The notes beneath the pieces are model-generated. The model made no database searches. It was not told the DNA's origin and saw only the letters and a program-made list of their open reading frames with translations. This document shows, piece after piece, positions 60,066-64,000 of a stretch of DNA of 64,000 nt. Every line of letters begins with the position of its first letter. Positions within the stretch are counted from its first letter, which is position 1. The stretch is taken from NCBI GenBank assembly GCA_020072765.1, contig JAIQGD010000002.1, forward strand, positions 4,796-68,795, given 5' to 3'. Origin of the DNA: Terriglobia bacterium (GTDB lineage: Bacteria > Acidobacteriota > Terriglobia > Acidiferrales > UBA7541). A program made the translations under genes and the position numbers.

Positions 60066-60160
60066 TGCACGAAACACTAGCTTACGGCATGGTTAAGACA
60101 CGCTCCTCGTGTCGCGTTCACCCGTTGTGAAGAAGATTCGAACAAGGGCCGAGAGGGGCT

Positions 60161-61531
60161 GTGCTCGTGGTTGAGATGGATAGATCCGCGCACAATTTAG
60201 CGGCGGGCTGGGCCGATTTTCTGAAGGTCCTGGTTTTTGGAGTGGCGACTCTACTGGTCCTGGTGGTCTCGATCATCAGTCCGTACCTCGGGATTGCAGC
60301 GCTTGGGTTGTTGTTGGCCGGGCTGATATTGGGGGTGAACCTGAGATGGGGCATCCTGAGTTTGGTTCTTCTAGTGCCTTTCGATCCTCAGGTGGAACTC
60401 AAACCCGGGTTTTTCTTCTACTTCGACCTGCTCTTTATCCTCCCTTTTCTGGTGTATCTGTGGAAGGTGGTGCTCGGGAAGCTTCGTATCAATTGGGCCT
60501 CGCTTGCACTCGTTCCCTATGTGCTGTTCGCGATCGCTTCCACCTTCTGGCGATCGGAGGACTTGTTTTGGTTTTCGGGTTACAGCGTGCGCCTGATCAT
60601 CGCTGTGTTTTTCATGGCCGTCATAGCCGGCGTCGGGCGAGCTGAGACGATCACTTTGGTGCTAGGCGCCAGCCTGGTTCCTCAGGTAACTTACGGTGTC
60701 TACCAGCAATTGGTAGACGCTCCAGGCGCTCTTTACGTGCTCCTCTATCCGCACTATGAAGGCTACGCGTGGACCGGACGCGCCCGCGGGTTCTTCTTCA
60801 CAGAGAACAACCTCGGCAGCTACTGCGCAACGGTCTCGGTCATGCTGCTGGCGCTGGCGTTGAAGACCAAATCGCCTCGTGACCGCACCGCTTGCTACAC
60901 GCTAGCTTCGTTTGGGTTTCTCGGCCTGGCGAGTTCGGGTAGCCGCGGAGCCTGGCTCGGTGCGGTCGCAGGGATCACACTGCTGTTTATCTACAGCCGC
61001 GCCGGTTTGGGTGCGAAAGTGGCGCTGGTGGCAGCCGCGGCATTAGGCGTCCTGGTCGCGCAATCGGTTTCCTTTGCCCCATGGGCTAGGGTGCAGACCC
61101 TCGATACGTTCACAGTCGACACCCGGACGTCGATGTATCTGGCCGCATTACTTCTTTTTGTGCAACACCCGCTGATTGGTGTGGGATTGACTAATTATCA
61201 GGTGCTTATGTCCTCCGTCGTTGATTGGGCTTACGATGCTGGAAATGTTGCCCATAACACCTATCTGCAGATTTTGTCGGAGAACGGCATCATCGGCTTC
61301 CTGCTTTTTTTTGGGCCCATTTTCTGTTTCTTCTACCGGAACTTGAAGAGAGCGAAGGAGTTAACCGCCGCACTACTGAGTTGCGCGGGTCTAATGGTGT
61401 TTTTTGTCCACGGCTTATTCGATTTCCAGTTTACGACGGCGCCGCAGTACTTGTTGTTGTTCGCGATCTTGTTCGGCCTTTCCAGCAAAACTGCGTTTGA
61501 GCCCGCCGCCGTCCCAGGCACGACATCCTGA
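60161..61531 (+). CDS. O-antigen ligase/polymerase-like (Wzy_C family) membrane protein
   Basis: It is polytopic with a central loop SSGSRGAWLGAVAGI and a later HNTYLQILSENG motif, typical of the O-antigen ligase domain. The start is uncertain (GTG 60161 or ATG 60176). Confidence 0.7.
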   Translation: MLVVEMDRSAHNLAAGWADFLKVLVFGVATLLVLVVSIISPYLGIAALGLLLAGLILGVNLRWGILSLVLLVPFDPQVELKPGFFFYFDLLFILPFLVYLWKVVLGKLRINWASLALVPYVLFAIASTFWRSEDLFWFSGYSVRLIIAVFFMAVIAGVGRAETITLVLGASLVPQVTYGVYQQLVDAPGALYVLLYPHYEGYAWTGRARGFFFTENNLGSYCATVSVMLLALALKTKSPRDRTACYTLASFGFLGLASSGSRGAWLGAVAGITLLFIYSRAGLGAKVALVAAAALGVLVAQSVSFAPWARVQTLDTFTVDTRTSMYLAALLLFVQHPLIGVGLTNYQVLMSSVVDWAYDAGNVAHNTYLQILSENGIIGFLLFFGPIFCFFYRNLKRAKELTAALLSCAGLMVFFVHGLFDFQFTTAPQYLLLFAILFGLSSKTAFEPAAVPGTTS

Positions 61532-61686
61532 AAACATCGATGTTTAAATCTGTTTTACTTGGAGCGCAAAAATTACTCCCGAGCCCACATGCGCGCCGTC
61601 GGATGAATCTTGCAAGAGCTTACAATGCCCCTCTTAAGAGATTACCGGCGATCTATCCCCCAAAATCAAACTGCTAATTAGAAAGA

Positions 61687-62937
61687 GTGAACTTCATGGA
61701 TGAACCTCAAAAACTTGTCATCATAGGCGGGTGTGGTCATGTCGGCCTGCCTCTGGGAATCGTGTTCGCGGATTGCGGCCTGAACGTGGTTCTGCTGGAC
61801 ATCGATGAAAAGAAGATCGCATGTGTCAACAGCGGCAAAATGCCTTTTATGGAGAAATCCGCGGAAGAGCTCCTGCGAAAGGTCGTTGGAAAGAGGCTCG
61901 TAGCGACCTCGAACAGTTCTTGCCTGCGAGATGCGGATGTGGCGGTCGCCGTTGTTGGCACTCCAGTCGATGAGCACCTGAGTCCCACGGTCACGGAACT
62001 CTACCGTAGCATTGATTCCATCATCGACAAGCTTCCGTCAGGTGCGCTGTTGGTTCTCCGAAGCACGGTTTATCCAGGGGTCACGAAATTGGTTTATGAT
62101 CGCGTGGAACGCATCGGCGCGAAGATCCATGTGGCTTTCTGTCCGGAACGAATTGCAGAGGGTAAGGCGATGGAGGAAATTCGTGTCTTACCGCAAATCA
62201 TTTCCGCGTTTGAACCCGAGGCGCTCCAGCGTGCCCGGGCACTTTTCCGTGCGATCAATGACGACCTGATCGAATTGACGCCGCTTGAGGCGGAGCTCGC
62301 CAAACTATTCACGAACAGTTGGCGATACCTGAACTTCGCAATTTCCAATCAGTTCTATCTGCTCGCCGAGAGTTACGGCCTCGATTTTTATCGCATCTAC
62401 AATGCCGTAACGTATCGTTATCCCCGCATGAAAAGCTTTGCTCGCGCTGGTTTCGCCGCTGGTCCTTGCCTTCTGAAGGATACGCTCCAGTTATCCGCGT
62501 TCTCCGGCAACAACTTCTTTCTCGGGCATGCGGCCATGCTGGTGAACGAGGGGCTGCCAACTTTTGTCGCATCCCAGCTGCGAAAACAGGGAGTAGGCGA
62601 TAGGACGGTGGCGATCCTCGGAATGGCCTTCAAGGGAGATTCGGATGATAAGCGCGAGAGCCTCTCGTACAAGCTGCGGAAGATGCTAGTCCTGGAAGCG
62701 AAAGAGGTGCTATGTACTGACCCCTATGTTTCTGGCGAGGATTTCGTTTCACTCGACGAAGCTATCTTGCGAGCCGACATCATTGTCCTTGGGGCACCTC
62801 ATTCGGTGTATCGCGACGTAAAAATCCCGCAGAACAAAGAGGTCCTGGATGTATGGGGCTTCTGGCAGAAACCGCAATCGGCCGGGCCCGTCGAGTCGCG
62901 CGCGGTCGCGGTAGGCGAGGCCCGTTCAACCTTATGA
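61687..62937 (+). CDS. nucleotide-sugar dehydrogenase (UDP-glucose/GDP-mannose dehydrogenase family)
   Basis: Motifs are IIGGCGHVGLPLG (Rossmann), AGPCLLKD (catalytic Cys) and GMAFKGDSDD. Start is GTG 61687 or ATG 61696. Confidence 0.85.
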   Translation: MNFMDEPQKLVIIGGCGHVGLPLGIVFADCGLNVVLLDIDEKKIACVNSGKMPFMEKSAEELLRKVVGKRLVATSNSSCLRDADVAVAVVGTPVDEHLSPTVTELYRSIDSIIDKLPSGALLVLRSTVYPGVTKLVYDRVERIGAKIHVAFCPERIAEGKAMEEIRVLPQIISAFEPEALQRARALFRAINDDLIELTPLEAELAKLFTNSWRYLNFAISNQFYLLAESYGLDFYRIYNAVTYRYPRMKSFARAGFAAGPCLLKDTLQLSAFSGNNFFLGHAAMLVNEGLPTFVASQLRKQGVGDRTVAILGMAFKGDSDDKRESLSYKLRKMLVLEAKEVLCTDPYVSGEDFVSLDEAILRADIIVLGAPHSVYRDVKIPQNKEVLDVWGFWQKPQSAGPVESRAVAVGEARSTL

Positions 62938-63956
62938 AAACCTTGGTCACCGGCGCTGCCGGTTTTATCTGTGGCTATCTCATCCAGGAGTTGCTCGATG
63001 CCGGGCATGAGGTGATCGGGCTCGACAACTTTAGCAAGTATGGTCGTACCGACAAATCGTACTCTACCGATGCTCGATACAAGCTGATCGAAGGTGACGC
63101 AAAGAATACCGAGCTGCTGAAGGAACTGGTGGCCGATTGCGATTACTTCGTCGCTGCCGCCGCGATGATCGGTGGTATTAGCTACTTTCACGAGTTTGCG
63201 TATGACTTGCTAGCGGAAAACGAGCGCATCATGGCGGCCTCTTTCGACGCTGCGATCTGGGCGCATCAAAACCGCAAGCTCCAGAAGATCACTGTTCTTT
63301 CCTCCAGCATGGTGTTCGAGAGCACGGCTGAGTATCCCACCCCGGAGGGCGCCGAGCGACGCTGTCCGCCTCCACGATCCACCTACGGATTTCAAAAATT
63401 GGCGGCGGAGGTCTTTGTTCAGGGTGCCTTTGAACAATATAAGCTTCCATATACGATCGCCCGGCCGTTCAACTGCGTTGGAATTGGCGAGCGGCGGGCT
63501 CTTTCTGATCGCGAGATCATGAGCGGAAACGTCCGGCTGGCTATGTCGCACGTGTTGCCTGATCTTGTCCAGAAAGTGCTTAAAGGGCAGGATCCGCTCC
63601 ATATCCTAGGCAGTGGCAATCAGGTTCGTCATTACACCTACGGCGGTGACCTCGCCCACGGCATTCGGTTGTGCGTCGAGCATCCTGCATCCATCAACCA
63701 GGATTTCAATCTGTCGACGCCAGTCCGCACTACAGTTCTGGAGTTAGCGGAGCTGGTCTGGCGCAAAGTTCACGGATCGAGTAAACCGTTTCGATACGTA
63801 AGTGATGCGGCCTACGAATATGACGTTCAAGAGCGATCACCGGCCACGGAAAAGGCGGCGCGCCTACTCGGTTTCCGTGCGACGACTCCGCTTTCCCACG
63901 TCCTGGATGAAGTCATTCCGTGGATTGCCGAGCAGATTGAACTGGGAACGATCTAG
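62934..63956 (+). CDS. NAD-dependent epimerase/dehydratase family protein
   Basis: ATG 62934 overlaps the upstream TGA (ATGA). Motifs are VTGAAGFICGYL and the catalytic YGFQK. Confidence 0.85.
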   Translation: MKTLVTGAAGFICGYLIQELLDAGHEVIGLDNFSKYGRTDKSYSTDARYKLIEGDAKNTELLKELVADCDYFVAAAAMIGGISYFHEFAYDLLAENERIMAASFDAAIWAHQNRKLQKITVLSSSMVFESTAEYPTPEGAERRCPPPRSTYGFQKLAAEVFVQGAFEQYKLPYTIARPFNCVGIGERRALSDREIMSGNVRLAMSHVLPDLVQKVLKGQDPLHILGSGNQVRHYTYGGDLAHGIRLCVEHPASINQDFNLSTPVRTTVLELAELVWRKVHGSSKPFRYVSDAAYEYDVQERSPATEKAARLLGFRATTPLSHVLDEVIPWIAEQIELGTI

Positions 63957-63964
63957 GAGGTTCG

Positions 63965-64000
63965 ATGAGCGAGTTGAATATCGTGATACCGGTATACAAC
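63965..64000 (+). CDS. glycosyltransferase family 2, N-terminus only (truncated by window edge)
   Basis: A GGAGG Shine-Dalgarno sequence precedes ATG 63965, which reads MSELNIVIPVYN, the typical GT2 first beta-strand motif. Confidence 0.5.
   Translation, partial: MSELNIVIPVYN

Overview
This is a high-G+C bacterial chromosomal window. The gene content suggests Acidobacteriota/Terriglobia, but that is inference only.

From left to right it contains:
- The end of the ribosomal spc/alpha cluster (infA-rpmJ-rpsM-rpsK-rpsD-rpoA-rplQ), then guaB and housekeeping genes.
- A selenocysteine-containing, NAD-linked-type formate dehydrogenase locus. Its catalytic subunit is split, and the two pieces sit on either side of a fused NuoE-NuoF gene.
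- murJ, an M61 peptidase, a thiolase, a UroD-family gene and a long ICL2-type isocitrate lyase.
- A minus-strand MFS/SnoaL/ALDH/SDR operon.
- A Ser/Thr-phosphorylation pair (an FHA-GAF-PP2C phosphatase and a zinc-ribbon-kinase-TPR protein) flanking a 1601-aa secreted multidomain protein.
- A six-gene operon in hyf gene order whose 'hydrogenase' large subunit has lost all four [NiFe] cysteine ligands. It is preceded by a cysteine-free ArsR regulator.
- A ~1-kb spacer with no convincing gene.
- An exopolysaccharide/capsule-type locus: two pseudo-receiver regulators, a giant Wza-like exporter, a PAP2-Wzi fusion, a Wzz/PCP protein, a NusG paralogue, a methyltransferase, a Wzy/O-antigen-ligase-like protein, a nucleotide-sugar dehydrogenase, an epimerase and the start of a GT2.

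No rRNA, tRNA, CRISPR array, transposase or integrase could be supported. By eye, G+C drops at about 40.7 kb and in the patch at 23.2-25.8 kb.

The best candidates for new biology are the Cys-less Ehr-like membrane complex and the split, permuted Sec-FDH. All homology calls come from reading the translated ORFs and recalling family motifs. No searches were run.
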